A stretch of 64,000 nucleotides of DNA, taken from Myxococcota bacterium (GTDB lineage Bacteria > Myxococcota_A > UBA796 > CAJQPC01). Positions 28,897 through 39,040 of this stretch are shown piece after piece. The stretch is taken from NCBI GenBank assembly GCA_036012755.1, contig DASCPX010000127.1, forward strand, positions 78,373 through 142,372. The letters run 5' to 3'. Below the pieces are notes generated by a model. It did no database searches. It had not been told where the DNA came from and saw only the letters and a list, made by a program, of their open reading frames with translations. The position numbers and the translations under genes are program-made. Positions within the stretch are counted from its first letter, which is position 1, and each line of letters starts with the position of its first letter.

Positions 28897-29889
28897 ATGC
28901 TGCCTGCGATCCCTTACTGCGATCTCCACATCCACGTCGGCGCGAGCGTCGCCCCCCACGTCATGTGGTCCATCGCCCACCAGCAAGGCTTCAAGCTCCC
29001 CGTCAACAACTACTGGGAGTTCGTCGACCTGATCACGGCCAACCCGCGCAAGGTCAAGAGCCTCGATGACTACCTGAAGATCCTCCATGAGTGGACGGAG
29101 AAGATCCAGTCTTCGCCGCTGGCGCTCGAGCGCGCCATCTACGAGATCATCGGCAAGGAGTACCGCGGCTCACGGGTCGAGAAGATCGAGCTCCGCTTCA
29201 ACCCGATGAAGCGCAACCTGGAAGGCCAGCGGGACCTCGACCACATCATCCACGCGGCCTTGCGCGGCATGGATCGCGCCTCCTTGGAGTACGGCGTCGA
29301 GGCTGGGCTCATCTTCTGCCTCGCGCGCGAGTTCCCGCCAGAGCAGAACGAGGTCATCCTCGACAAGGCCATCAAGTACCAGGCGCGCGGCGTCGTGGGC
29401 ATCGACCTCGCCGGCACGGAGACCCACACGATCGAGCTGTCGGAGGCCGTCGGGAAGTACGCCGCCATCTTCCAGCGGGCCCGGGAGGCCGACCTCGGCA
29501 CCACCGTCCACACGGGAGAGACGATCTCGACCTCGGGCGAGGGCGTCATCGCGGTGCTGAAGCACCTCAAGCCGAACCGCATCGGCCACGGCGTGCGGGC
29601 CGCCTACAACGAGGACGCCACGAAGATGCTCGCTGACACGGGCTGCGTGCTCGAGATCTGCCCGACCTCGAACCTGAACACCCGCGCCATTCGCCACCTC
29701 GAGGAGTTCAAGTACATCATCGGCACCTTCCAGGACGCCGGCGTGCTGTTCACCATCAACACCGACGGCACCTACCTCTGCGAGACGAACATCCAGCGCG
29801 AGTTCGCGCTGATGACGGACAGCGGCGTCTTCGACGTGGCCGCCAGCGAGCGTGCCCGGATGCTCGCGTTCGAGGCGAGCTTCATCTGA
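28897..29889 (+). CDS. Adenosine deaminase-family amidohydrolase
   Basis: DLHIH, ELRFNP, GIDLAG, HTGE, RIGHG, EICPTSN and INTDG motifs. Confidence 0.88.
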   Translation: MLPAIPYCDLHIHVGASVAPHVMWSIAHQQGFKLPVNNYWEFVDLITANPRKVKSLDDYLKILHEWTEKIQSSPLALERAIYEIIGKEYRGSRVEKIELRFNPMKRNLEGQRDLDHIIHAALRGMDRASLEYGVEAGLIFCLAREFPPEQNEVILDKAIKYQARGVVGIDLAGTETHTIELSEAVGKYAAIFQRAREADLGTTVHTGETISTSGEGVIAVLKHLKPNRIGHGVRAAYNEDATKMLADTGCVLEICPTSNLNTRAIRHLEEFKYIIGTFQDAGVLFTINTDGTYLCETNIQREFALMTDSGVFDVAASERARMLAFEASFI

Positions 29890-30329
29890 TCCTCCTCGGC
29901 GCCGCGCTGGCAGCGACGGCCGAGGTCAGCCAGGAGCGCGTGATCTCCGCGCCATTGGAGGAGGTCCGCGCCTTTCTGCTGGACCCGGAGGAGGCAGCCT
30001 CGCTGACCCCGGACGTAGAGAGCGTGGAGGTGCTCACCAGCGACACCTGCGATCTGGTCCGCACCACGAACAAGGGGCTGCTCTCCAGCGTCGAGTACGT
30101 GGTGAAGCGCTGCTATGCCGACGACGGCGTACAGGAGACGCTGGTCGAGAGCGAGGACTTCACGGCCTACGAGGCCAGCTACACCCTCACGGCGGTCGAC
30201 GGCGGCACCAAGGTCGTCTACGACGTGACTGTCGGTGTCGACATGCCAGTGCCCGACTGGGCGATCCGCATGGGAGTCGAGCGCTCGACCGCGGCCACGA
30301 TGGAGGCCCTGGCGGCGCACTTCGATTAG
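29886..30329 (+). CDS. SRPBCC/START-fold ligand-binding protein; start CTG 29886 or GTG 29940
   Basis: ISAPLEEVRAFL...PDVESVEVL...DGGTKVVY pattern. The in-frame upstream ILLGAALA looks like a signal peptide. Confidence 0.75.
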   Translation: MILLGAALAATAEVSQERVISAPLEEVRAFLLDPEEAASLTPDVESVEVLTSDTCDLVRTTNKGLLSSVEYVVKRCYADDGVQETLVESEDFTAYEASYTLTAVDGGTKVVYDVTVGVDMPVPDWAIRMGVERSTAATMEALAAHFD

Positions 30330-30337
30330 GCCCCCCC

Positions 30338-33300
30338 ATGGCACGCCTTGCTTGTGGACTGGATCTTGGAGGGAGCGGCGTCCGCTGCCTCGTCGTCGAC
30401 CTCGAGACCGGACGACGCTGGAGCGCGCGACGCCCGCTGAGACTCGTCCCGGCGGGGCCCTGGTCCTGGGATCTGGACCTGGAGGCGACCTGGAGCGCTG
30501 CGCTGGCTGTCCTGCGCGGGGCCCTGGAGGCAGCGGGCAGCGGCGAGGTCGTCGGCATCTCGTCCTCTTGCATGCGCCAGGCGATGGTGGTCCTGGGCTC
30601 CGAAGTGGTGCTCCTGGCGACCCCGAACATCGACGCGCGGGGAGCCGGCCAGGCCGAGCAGCTGGCGGAGACCGGCGAGAATCGCCTGCGTCGCACGGGT
30701 CGCTGGCCGGACCCTGCCTCCGCCGCCGCCCGCCTGGTCTGGCTCCGTGACGAGGGCCGCATCGGCCTGGCGCGTCACTTCCTGTCCCTCGGTGACTGGC
30801 TCTCCTGGAAGCTCTGCGGGGCGCTGGCCGCCGAGCGCTCCCAGGCCGGAGAGTCGGGGCTGCTCACCCTCACCGGACGCTGGGACCGAAACGCCATCGA
30901 GCAGCTCGAGCTGCCAGTGGACATCTTCCCCGAGCTCGTCCAGGCCGGCGCCGAGCTCGGTGGCCTGAGCGCCGAGGCGGCCTCGCTCGTCGGGCTCCCG
31001 GCCGGAACACCCGTCCACGCAGGAGGTGGTGACACCCCCTGCGCCCTGCTCGGAGCCGGGGTCGCCCAGCCCGGGCAGGCCGGCATCGTCGCCGGGACCA
31101 CCTGCCCGATCCAGCACGTGGTCGGCGTACCGAAGCCCGAACGACAGCTGCGCCTCGGCCACCACGTCGTCGCCGGACGCTGGCTGCTCGAGAAGAACCA
31201 GGTGCTCGCGGGGCAGGTGCTCGGGCAGCTCGCCGCAGCCTTCTTCGAGGACCACCCGGCCCCGGTCGCTCGACTAATGGAGGTCGCCAAGGACGGGCGG
31301 TCCGCCGCGGTCGCCTCCATGGGCGCGACCCCCTTCCGCGCGGACCAGCTGAGCCTGCCCGTGATGGGACTGCACCTCTCTCCGTTCCAGACCAGCGACG
31401 CCCGGGCGGACCTCGCCCGCGCGGCCGTCGACGCCGTCTGTCGTGGCATCGCGCAGAACATCCCGGGGGAGCCCGAACAGCTGCGGGTCACCGGGGGGCT
31501 CTCACAGAGCCGCTGGTTCGTCGAGCAGCTCGCCGGACACCTGGGCACGCCCGTGCTCAGGACACTCCGACCCGAGTCCTCGGCCCTGGGCGCCGCGATG
31601 CTCGCGTGTCCGGACGGGGTGGCGGCCTGCGAACACCTCGTCGAGCTGGAGAGCGTGTCTCCCGCCTCTGTGCGCGAGCCCTCCCCGACTCTCCTGAGGG
31701 CCTTCGCAGACCTGGAGCCAGAGGTCGCCGGGGAGCTGGTCAGTGCCTCCTTCGACGACCAGCCGCAGGACATTCCCCACCTGCCAGAGGCGCTGCGCAT
31801 CTACGTGTCCGCGTCAGTCGACGAGGACAGCCTCGCCCGACTGCGCAGCCTGGGAGAGGTGGTCTATGCCCCCTACCGCGAGGTCCAGACCCTGCTGACC
31901 GGAGAGGCGCTCGTCGAGGCGCTGCAGGGGGTCCACGTGTTCGTGACCGAGGTCGACGTGGTCGACCTGGAGGCCCTGGAGGAGCTCCCGCAGCTCCGCG
32001 TCATCGCATGCTGCCGCGGTCGCGTCGTGAACGTCGACGTTGCCTCGTGCACCGCCCTCGGCATCCCGGTCCTGGGTGCGCCTGGGAGAAACGCAGAGGC
32101 TGTCGCAGACTTCACCGTCGCTGCCTCGTTGGCGCTGCTGCGCAAGCTCGTCCCCGCGGATCGCTTCCTTCGAAGCGGTGTCGAGGCCGGCGACATGGGA
32201 CGCATGGGCATGGCGCACGAGGCCTTCCAGGGCTTCGAGCTGGGGGGGCGCACGGTGGGCCTGATCGGCTTCGGAGCCGTGGCGCGCGCGGTCGCCAGGC
32301 GGCTGAGGTCCTTCGGCTCGCGGGTGATCGCTTTCGATCCCTTCGTCCCTGACCAGGTGATCTGGGCAGGAGGTGCGGAGCCCGTCTCGCTGGAGGCGCT
32401 CCTTCAGCGGTCGGATGTCGTGTCCCTCCACGCCGCCGCCACGGACGAGACCCGCGGGATCATCGGCCGCCAGGCCCTCTCGGCGATGAAGGAGAGCGCC
32501 CTCTTGATCAACACCGCCCGCGCGGCCCTCGTCGACCAGGACGCCCTCGTCGATGCCCTGCGCTCCGGTGGGATCGCGGGGGCATGCCTCGATGTGTTCG
32601 CGGTAGAGCCGCCAGGCTCCGACGAGCCCCTGCTGCAGCTCGACAACGTGCTCGCGCTGCCCCACATCGCCGGCAACACCCACGACGTCGGGCGCCACCA
32701 GGGCCGCATCGTCGTCGAGGGGCTCGAGGCGCTGCTTCGCGGGGAGCGCCCGCGGACCCTGCTCAACGACGTCCTCGAGGGCTTCTCCTGGGATCAGAGG
32801 CCAGAAGCGGACGCAGAGGAGCTGGAAGCGCTGCGGGCCGGGCCCGGACCCGGGGTCACCGACCTCGAGATCGCCGCGACAGCGAGCCTGCCCGAGATCT
32901 CGATGCCGACCCCGGAGCTCATGACGGAGCCCGCGCCAGAGTCCGGCTTCGCGGCCCTGGTGGCTGCCTTCTGCGGCCTCGCAGAGTCCGACCCGGACAT
33001 CCAGGCCTTCGCGACTGGCCGGGACATCACGGCGCAGTACCTCGCCCCCGACGCCGACGTCGGCTTCCACATGGTCTTCCGTGACGGCCGGGCGGTGGTG
33101 CGGCCGGCCCCCTACGCCGGCAAGCCGGACGTGACGGTGAAGATGAACGCAGAGGTCATGGACGGCGTCTTCGGCGGCGAGGTCAACGGCATGAAGGCGG
33201 CCATGACCGGGAAGCTCTCGTTCATGGGCAACACCGTCAAGGCGATGACGATGCAGCGGGTGCAGCCACAGATGACCAGGCAGTGGCTGGCTGCGCGCGA

Positions 33301-34000
33301 GCGCGTGGGCGAGCTCGACTTCTCGCGCCCCGAACCCACCAGGTCCCAGATAAGTCCGATCGAAGGCGACGACGGCATCCTGAGAGGTGCCCTCGCGGCG
33401 GGCGTCGGCGAGCTGGTGGAGGCCGGGCTGATCACCTCCACCGGCGGCAACGTGAGCATCCGGGTCGGACCCGAACGAGCGCTGCTCACTCCGAGCCAGC
33501 TCTTCAAGGGCGACCTGCGGCCAGAGCTGATGGTGCTGGTCGACCTCGACGGGGAGCCCCTGCAGCAGGTGGGCGCAGCGCCGACGAGCGAGCGCATGAT
33601 CCACTGCTCGATCCTGAAGGCGAGGCCGGACGTCGGAGCGGTCGTCCACAGCCACGCGCCGATGGCCACGACGCTGGACCTCGCCGGCCTGCCCTTCCTG
33701 CCGATCTCGACCGAGGCAGCCTTCGTCGGAGAGATCCCACGGGTCTGTTTCACGATGCCCGGCACCGACGAGCTCGCAGGGGCGATCGTCCAGGCCCTCG
33801 GCAGCGGCAGCGCCGTGATCATGAGCAACCACGGCCTCGTCGTCGCGGGCAGCTCGCTTCGGCGCGCCCTGGACCTGACTCACATCATCGAGGACACGGC
33901 GGCGAAGCTCATCGACTGCCAGAAGATGGGCAGGGTCCCTCCGGTGTTGCCCCCCGAGACCGTCGAGATGCTTCAGTCGATCGGCGAACTCATCGCCTGA
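30338..34000 (+). CDS. 1220-aa fusion: FGGY kinase + D-2-hydroxyacid dehydrogenase + SCP2 + class II aldolase
   Basis: Kinase: GLDLGGSG, PNIDARG, GGGDT, VTGG, ALGAA. Dehydrogenase: PGRNAEAVA, GFGAVA, NTARA, DVFAVEP, PHIAG. SCP2: AAMTGKLSFMGN. Aldolase: GNVSIR, TSERMIH, HSH, NHG. Confidence 0.88.
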   Translation: MARLACGLDLGGSGVRCLVVDLETGRRWSARRPLRLVPAGPWSWDLDLEATWSAALAVLRGALEAAGSGEVVGISSSCMRQAMVVLGSEVVLLATPNIDARGAGQAEQLAETGENRLRRTGRWPDPASAAARLVWLRDEGRIGLARHFLSLGDWLSWKLCGALAAERSQAGESGLLTLTGRWDRNAIEQLELPVDIFPELVQAGAELGGLSAEAASLVGLPAGTPVHAGGGDTPCALLGAGVAQPGQAGIVAGTTCPIQHVVGVPKPERQLRLGHHVVAGRWLLEKNQVLAGQVLGQLAAAFFEDHPAPVARLMEVAKDGRSAAVASMGATPFRADQLSLPVMGLHLSPFQTSDARADLARAAVDAVCRGIAQNIPGEPEQLRVTGGLSQSRWFVEQLAGHLGTPVLRTLRPESSALGAAMLACPDGVAACEHLVELESVSPASVREPSPTLLRAFADLEPEVAGELVSASFDDQPQDIPHLPEALRIYVSASVDEDSLARLRSLGEVVYAPYREVQTLLTGEALVEALQGVHVFVTEVDVVDLEALEELPQLRVIACCRGRVVNVDVASCTALGIPVLGAPGRNAEAVADFTVAASLALLRKLVPADRFLRSGVEAGDMGRMGMAHEAFQGFELGGRTVGLIGFGAVARAVARRLRSFGSRVIAFDPFVPDQVIWAGGAEPVSLEALLQRSDVVSLHAAATDETRGIIGRQALSAMKESALLINTARAALVDQDALVDALRSGGIAGACLDVFAVEPPGSDEPLLQLDNVLALPHIAGNTHDVGRHQGRIVVEGLEALLRGERPRTLLNDVLEGFSWDQRPEADAEELEALRAGPGPGVTDLEIAATASLPEISMPTPELMTEPAPESGFAALVAAFCGLAESDPDIQAFATGRDITAQYLAPDADVGFHMVFRDGRAVVRPAPYAGKPDVTVKMNAEVMDGVFGGEVNGMKAAMTGKLSFMGNTVKAMTMQRVQPQMTRQWLAARERVGELDFSRPEPTRSQISPIEGDDGILRGALAAGVGELVEAGLITSTGGNVSIRVGPERALLTPSQLFKGDLRPELMVLVDLDGEPLQQVGAAPTSERMIHCSILKARPDVGAVVHSHAPMATTLDLAGLPFLPISTEAAFVGEIPRVCFTMPGTDELAGAIVQALGSGSAVIMSNHGLVVAGSSLRRALDLTHIIEDTAAKLIDCQKMGRVPPVLPPETVEMLQSIGELIA

Positions 34001-34004
34001 GCCC

Positions 34005-34970
34005 TCAGAAGCGCATCGACCAGGTCAGGCCAGGTCCCTCGTCGGCGAGGAGGATGCCGACACCACCCACCCCGAGACCGACTACCGCCACGCCGGCGCC
34101 GGCGAGCACCAGGGTGTTGGTGAGGGTTCGTGCGGCGTCGAGCTCCGCGACCGTGGAGGCGTCGTCGAAGCCTTGACGCGCCGTGTAGCTGGCGCCGTAG
34201 ACACCCCCGGCGGCAGCGAGCCCCGCGACGCTGGCGACCAGCAGGGGTGTCTTCATCGGCGGACGCTCGCGGGTGACCGTGACGACCTCGTCGGTGGTGT
34301 AGCCCCCCGCGAGGACCTCTGGATCGCCTCGCTTCTTCTTCTTGTTGTCTTCCTTTGCCGCGGCGTCGACGTCCTTCTGCTCGTTGAGGGTCAGGGTCGC
34401 GTCCTCGACCAGGTTCGCAGGAAACTCGTTGCCGACGACGAGCCAGCTGGCGCGCACGGCCCCGTCGCTGCCCACCTGCTGCACGACGTGGTAGCGGCCG
34501 GTCGTCGCCTTGGGCTCGTCCAGCAGGCGGCCGTCGATGACGAGCTTGGAGCCGGAAGGGACGACCAGGCGCATGCCATCGACCGGGTCGCCCGGGAGAC
34601 CCTCGTAGGCCTTCGCGGCGTCGTAGGTCTTGTAGAGCGCACTGCCCAGATCCATCGACTCGATGTCGAACTGGTAGGTCGGCTCCAGCTCCCTGGCGAC
34701 GCGGAACCAGAGGGATGCCTTGTCCGGGTCACCGCTGTTGAAGCTGTAGACGCCCAGCGCCCTGTAGGTCGCCGCGTACAACGACGGCGTCATGGGCTCG
34801 GCCATGCAGAGGATGCCCCCCTCCATGCGAGTCCCTGCCTGGGTCATCTCGCCGCCGCCTTCGTCGCGCATGCCGTCGGTGATCGCCGTGAGATCCTCGA
34901 ACAGCAGGTCGGTCGTGTAGACGCCCTCGCAAGCGCTGGAGGGGGCGGTCAGAGATAGAAGCAGGCCCAT
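34005..34970 (-). CDS. Hypothetical secreted/membrane protein (TPR-like helix pair, C-terminal TM hairpin)
   Basis: Signal peptide, two C-terminal hydrophobic segments, terminal Phe and an AGGAG SD. Confidence 0.7.
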   Translation of the reverse strand: MGLLLSLTAPSSACEGVYTTDLLFEDLTAITDGMRDEGGGEMTQAGTRMEGGILCMAEPMTPSLYAATYRALGVYSFNSGDPDKASLWFRVARELEPTYQFDIESMDLGSALYKTYDAAKAYEGLPGDPVDGMRLVVPSGSKLVIDGRLLDEPKATTGRYHVVQQVGSDGAVRASWLVVGNEFPANLVEDATLTLNEQKDVDAAAKEDNKKKKRGDPEVLAGGYTTDEVVTVTRERPPMKTPLLVASVAGLAAAGGVYGASYTARQGFDDASTVAELDAARTLTNTLVLAGAGVAVVGLGVGGVGILLADEGPGLTWSMRF

Positions 34971-34991
34971 GGTCACTCCTGACGGACCAGT

Positions 34992-35507
34992 CTACCCCGG
35001 ACGAATCCAGGCCACCGGCGTCTCGGCCTCGACGCTGCCGCCATCGTCCACGCCCCAGCGCTCCAGGGTCCCGGCCTGGTCCGCCTTGATCGGCGTGAAG
35101 GTCTTCATGACCTCCATGAGCGCCAGGGTCTGCAGTCGCTTCACGACAGCTCCGACCTCGACGAAGGGTGGGTCTGCCGGGGTCGGGCGCTGGTAGATCG
35201 TCCCGGCCATCGGCGCACGGACGGCGACGAGGCCCTCGTGCCCCTCTTGTTCCTCGAGCACGGTCGGGACGTCGGCGCCGAGGAGCCCGATCTCGACGAG
35301 CACCTCGCCGTACTGCAGCCAGCCAGCGGGGAGCACCTCGACGACCTGCCCACCCCCTGCGGGAGCGACGATCTCCAAAGGGCGCCCGAGCCGGACGATC
35401 ACCCCCAGCACCAGGCCTTCGCGCAGCTGCGCGCCTCGCTGCACCCGGGGGTCCCAGCGCCCGACCGTGGGGCTGGCGAGGGCCGCGTTCCCCTTCACCG
35501 CCTTCAC
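34992..35507 (-). CDS. Biotin carboxyl carrier protein
   Basis: [13 protein letters not shown]...PFVEVG...EVMKT biotinylation motif. GTGA overlap with the upstream gene. Confidence 0.85.
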   Translation of the reverse strand: MKAVKGNAALASPTVGRWDPRVQRGAQLREGLVLGVIVRLGRPLEIVAPAGGGQVVEVLPAGWLQYGEVLVEIGLLGADVPTVLEEQEGHEGLVAVRAPMAGTIYQRPTPADPPFVEVGAVVKRLQTLALMEVMKTFTPIKADQAGTLERWGVDDGGSVEAETPVAWIRPG

Positions 35508-37222
35508 AGGACCTCCAGATCGTGGATGGACCAGATGCGAGGGTTCTTGATGGTGCGGTAGCCGATGGACTGGTAGCAACAGGCCACGGCCACCTCGAGC
35601 CAGGCCCGCAGCTCGGACAGCGGGACCACCTCGTCGGTGTCCATGCGGGCGGCGGCGGCCACCGGGTCCATGTCGGCCTCGATCCGGGCGGCGGTGCGAT
35701 CCATGCCGGCTTGGATGGCTGCCCGCTCTACCGGGTCCTGCGTCTCGATCTCGAAGTCGTCGTCGAGCTTGGTGTTGAAGGCGGCGATCGACAGGGTCCG
35801 TCCCTCCATGACCGCTTGCCGCGTCAGCGGCGTGGAGAGCTGCAGCACCGGGTCATAGGGGTGGCCGGCCATCGCGTAGTAGCCGGCGCCCGAGGCCTTG
35901 CGCAGCAGCACCGTGATCATCGGCGTCCGGTTCGTCGAGTTGGCGTAGATGAGCGAGCTCCCGTAGCCCAGCAGGCCCTGGGCCTCGGCCTCCGTCCCGA
36001 TGTCGAAGCCAGCGACGTCCTGCAGCCACACCAGCGGGATGCCGTCGGTGTTGCAGGCGCGGCTGAAGGTCGCCAGCTTGGCGATGCCCTGGCGGTACAA
36101 GATGCCGCCAGCGCGCCTCTCGCCGGCACGCCCGGGGTGCTCGGTGAGCTCTGGGTTGTTCGCGAGGATGCCGACCCAGAGACCGTCGATGCGGGCGAGG
36201 CCGACGACGACCTCCTTGCCGGTGTCGGGGAGCACCTCGTGGAAGAGCGAGCCGTCCACGAGCCGCGCGATGACCTCGCGCACGTCGTAGACCTCTCGAT
36301 AGTCGACCGGGAAGAGCGAGGAGAGCTCCTCCGTTGCGTGCAGCGGAGCCATCGGGTCAGCGCCGTGGCGGTAGTAGTCGGCCCCGGAGGAGGGCAACCT
36401 CGCCACGTCGTCGCGGATTCGGCGGAGGCAGATTTCGTCGCCCGGGACGCGCACGTCAGCGCAGCCGGAGCGTCCGACGTGGACCTCTGGCCCGCCGATG
36501 TCGAGGCTCGTGAGCTTGAGTGACTTCGCGCCCTTGATGAGCGCCGCGCCGGCGATGACCATGTAGGCCCGCTCGGTCATGTAGACGCGGTCGCTGATGA
36601 TGGGCATGTACCCGCCACCGGCGATGCAGTCTCCGAAGACACCGGCGATCTGCGGCACCCCCGCCGCCGAGAGTCGGGCGTTCTTCGTGAAGATGTGGCC
36701 GGCTCCCCTCCGACCCGGGAAGGAGTTCGCCTGCTCCGGCAGGAACAGGCCCGAGCAGTCGACGAGGTAGATCATCGGCAGGCGCAGGCGCAGGCCGATC
36801 TCCTGGGCTCGCTGGATCTTCTCCGGTGTGCGCGGCCACCACGAGCCGCTGGCGACGGTGTTGTCGTTCGCGACGAGCACGGTCCAGCGGCCGTGGACCT
36901 TCACGAAGGCGGTCACGACACCGGCTCCCGGGGCGACTCGGCGGCTGCCCGCGAACTCACGACCCCAGTTCACGAGGCTGCCGAAGGGGAAGACGCGGGT
37001 CCCCTCGTCCTTGAGGAGGTCGATGCGCTCCCAGGTCGTCAGCTTCCCCTTGTCGTGCACACGCTCGACGTACTTCGGGCCCCAGCCGGCCCGCACGACC
37101 GCGAGCTTGTCCGCCAGGGCTCCGTCGAGCTCCGCCATGCGGGCTGCCTTGGCCCGCACATCGGCGTCACCGAGCAGCTCGTCCAGCGGTCGACCGATGG
37201 GCGACAGGGGCGTGCGGGCCAT
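35504..37222 (-). CDS. Acyl-CoA carboxylase carboxyltransferase subunit (MCC/GCC-beta-like)
   Basis: [29 protein letters not shown] and GAGYYAM motifs. Confidence 0.9.
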   Translation of the reverse strand: MARTPLSPIGRPLDELLGDADVRAKAARMAELDGALADKLAVVRAGWGPKYVERVHDKGKLTTWERIDLLKDEGTRVFPFGSLVNWGREFAGSRRVAPGAGVVTAFVKVHGRWTVLVANDNTVASGSWWPRTPEKIQRAQEIGLRLRLPMIYLVDCSGLFLPEQANSFPGRRGAGHIFTKNARLSAAGVPQIAGVFGDCIAGGGYMPIISDRVYMTERAYMVIAGAALIKGAKSLKLTSLDIGGPEVHVGRSGCADVRVPGDEICLRRIRDDVARLPSSGADYYRHGADPMAPLHATEELSSLFPVDYREVYDVREVIARLVDGSLFHEVLPDTGKEVVVGLARIDGLWVGILANNPELTEHPGRAGERRAGGILYRQGIAKLATFSRACNTDGIPLVWLQDVAGFDIGTEAEAQGLLGYGSSLIYANSTNRTPMITVLLRKASGAGYYAMAGHPYDPVLQLSTPLTRQAVMEGRTLSIAAFNTKLDDDFEIETQDPVERAAIQAGMDRTAARIEADMDPVAAAARMDTDEVVPLSELRAWLEVAVACCYQSIGYRTIKNPRIWSIHDLEVL

Positions 37223-38554
37223 CTACAGCATCTCCTCCAGCGTGCTCGTGTCGTAGTCGCCCGAGACGAAGGGCGGGTGGGACAGCAGTCGCTGGTGCAG
37301 CGGGATCGTGGTGTCGACGCCCTCGATGGTGGTCTCCGCCAGGGCCTCGCCGAGGCGGTCGAGGGCCTCTGGACGGGTCGGGGCGTGCACGATGAGCTTG
37401 GCGATCATCGAGTCGTAGTGGGGTGAGATCGTGTCGCCGACGCGCAGGTGGGTGTCGACCCGAATCCCCTCGCCCGTCGGCCACTGCAGCTTCGTGATGG
37501 TCCCGGGACATGGCCGGAAGGTCTCGGGGTCCTCTGCGTTGATGCGGACCTCGATGGCGTGCCCGTCTGCCTTCACCTGGTCCTGGGTCAACGGCAGGGG
37601 CTGGTTGGCAGCGACCCGGAGCTGCAGCTCCACGAGGTCGAGGCCGCAGACGGCCTCGCTCACCGGGTGCTCGACCTGGAGCCGGGTGTTCATCTCCATG
37701 AACCAGAGGTGCCCGTCCTGCCCGCGCAGCATCTCGATGGTGCCGGCGTTGCGGTAGCCGGCGCGCGCGGCGATGCCGGCGACGAGCCCACCGATCTCCG
37801 CGCGCTCGTCCGGGCTCAGGGCGACCGACGGCGACTCTTCGAGCAGCTTCTGGTGCCGCCGCTGGATCGAACACTCTCGCTCACCCAGGTGGATGCCCCG
37901 ACCCTCTGAGTCGACGATCACCTGGAACTCGATGTGGCGTCCGCCGGTGATCAGCTTCTCCAGGTAGAGGCGCCCGTCGCCGAAAGCGGCGGTGGACTCG
38001 GCGGTGGCGCTGTCGAAGGCGGCTTCGAGCTCTTCAGGGGCGTAGACACGCCGCATGCCACGTCCCCCTCCCCCGGAGGCCGCCTTCAGCAAGACCGGGT
38101 ACCCGGCCTGCGCTGCAAAGGACCTGGCCTCGTCGAGTCCGACCGGGCCGGGAGAGCCGGGGATCAGCGGCATGCCGAGCTCCGCCATCGTCGAGCGCGC
38201 CGCGACCTTGTCTCCCATCAACCGGATCAGCGAGCTCGTCGGGCCGACGAAGGAGATGCCCAGGGCTTCGCAGCGGGCGGCGAAGGTGGCGTTCTCGGCG
38301 AGGAAGCCCCAGCCCGGGTGCACCGCCGTACAGCCCGTGTGGCGAGCCACCTCGAGCACGGCGTCCTGGTCCAGGTAGCTCAGCGCCGAGCGCGGAGGCC
38401 CGATGACGACGACATCGTCAGCTTCCTCGAGCCAGCCGAGGTCTCGGTCCGCCGTGGATGCCACCACGACGACCTCGACCCCCATGCGCTTGCAGGTGCG
38501 CGTGACCCGCGCGGCGACCTCGCCGCGATTGGCGATGAGCAGACGCCGGAACAC
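37223..38554 (-). CDS. Biotin carboxylase subunit
   Basis: [47 protein letters not shown] and YDSMIAK motifs. Confidence 0.95.
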   Translation of the reverse strand: MFRRLLIANRGEVAARVTRTCKRMGVEVVVVASTADRDLGWLEEADDVVVIGPPRSALSYLDQDAVLEVARHTGCTAVHPGWGFLAENATFAARCEALGISFVGPTSSLIRLMGDKVAARSTMAELGMPLIPGSPGPVGLDEARSFAAQAGYPVLLKAASGGGGRGMRRVYAPEELEAAFDSATAESTAAFGDGRLYLEKLITGGRHIEFQVIVDSEGRGIHLGERECSIQRRHQKLLEESPSVALSPDERAEIGGLVAGIAARAGYRNAGTIEMLRGQDGHLWFMEMNTRLQVEHPVSEAVCGLDLVELQLRVAANQPLPLTQDQVKADGHAIEVRINAEDPETFRPCPGTITKLQWPTGEGIRVDTHLRVGDTISPHYDSMIAKLIVHAPTRPEALDRLGEALAETTIEGVDTTIPLHQRLLSHPPFVSGDYDTSTLEEML

Positions 38555-39003
38555 TAGGAGCCCTGCAGTTCCTGCTGGAGCAGCGTGCGGGCGAGTCCCC
38601 CGTCGATGTCGGCCCGATGCGCCTTCATCAGTGAGCCCATGGCGCGACCGAGGTGCTTCGGCTCGGTGGCCCCGGAGGAGGCGATGGCCTCTCTGACCCA
38701 GGCGAGGGTCTGGGCCTCGTCGGCGAGCTTCGGAAGGAAGCCCTCGATGACCGCGAGCTCCGCGCGCTCGCCGCTGGCAAGGTCGTCACGGCCCGCCTGG
38801 TCGTAGGTCTGGGCGGCGTCGATGCGCTGCTTCTTCAGCTTGCGCAACAGGGCGAGCACCGCGTCGTCCGTGACCTCGCCCTTGCCGGCCTTCTGCAGCT
38901 CGATGATGCCCGCGCGGATCATCCGCAGCGCGCCGAGGCGCTCCTTGTCGCGAGCCCGCATCGCGGTCTTCATGTCCGCGTTCACCTGCTCGGAAATACT
39001 CAT
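38554..39003 (-). CDS. yqeY: GatB/YqeY domain protein
   Basis: DMKTAMRARDKERL, KQRIDA...AGRDDLA..E..EL and FLP motifs. Confidence 0.88.
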   Translation of the reverse strand: MSISEQVNADMKTAMRARDKERLGALRMIRAGIIELQKAGKGEVTDDAVLALLRKLKKQRIDAAQTYDQAGRDDLASGERAELAVIEGFLPKLADEAQTLAWVREAIASSGATEPKHLGRAMGSLMKAHRADIDGGLARTLLQQELQGS

Positions 39004-39040
39004 GAGCCCTCCGAAGGCCACGGGGACCTCCGCGAAGGCG

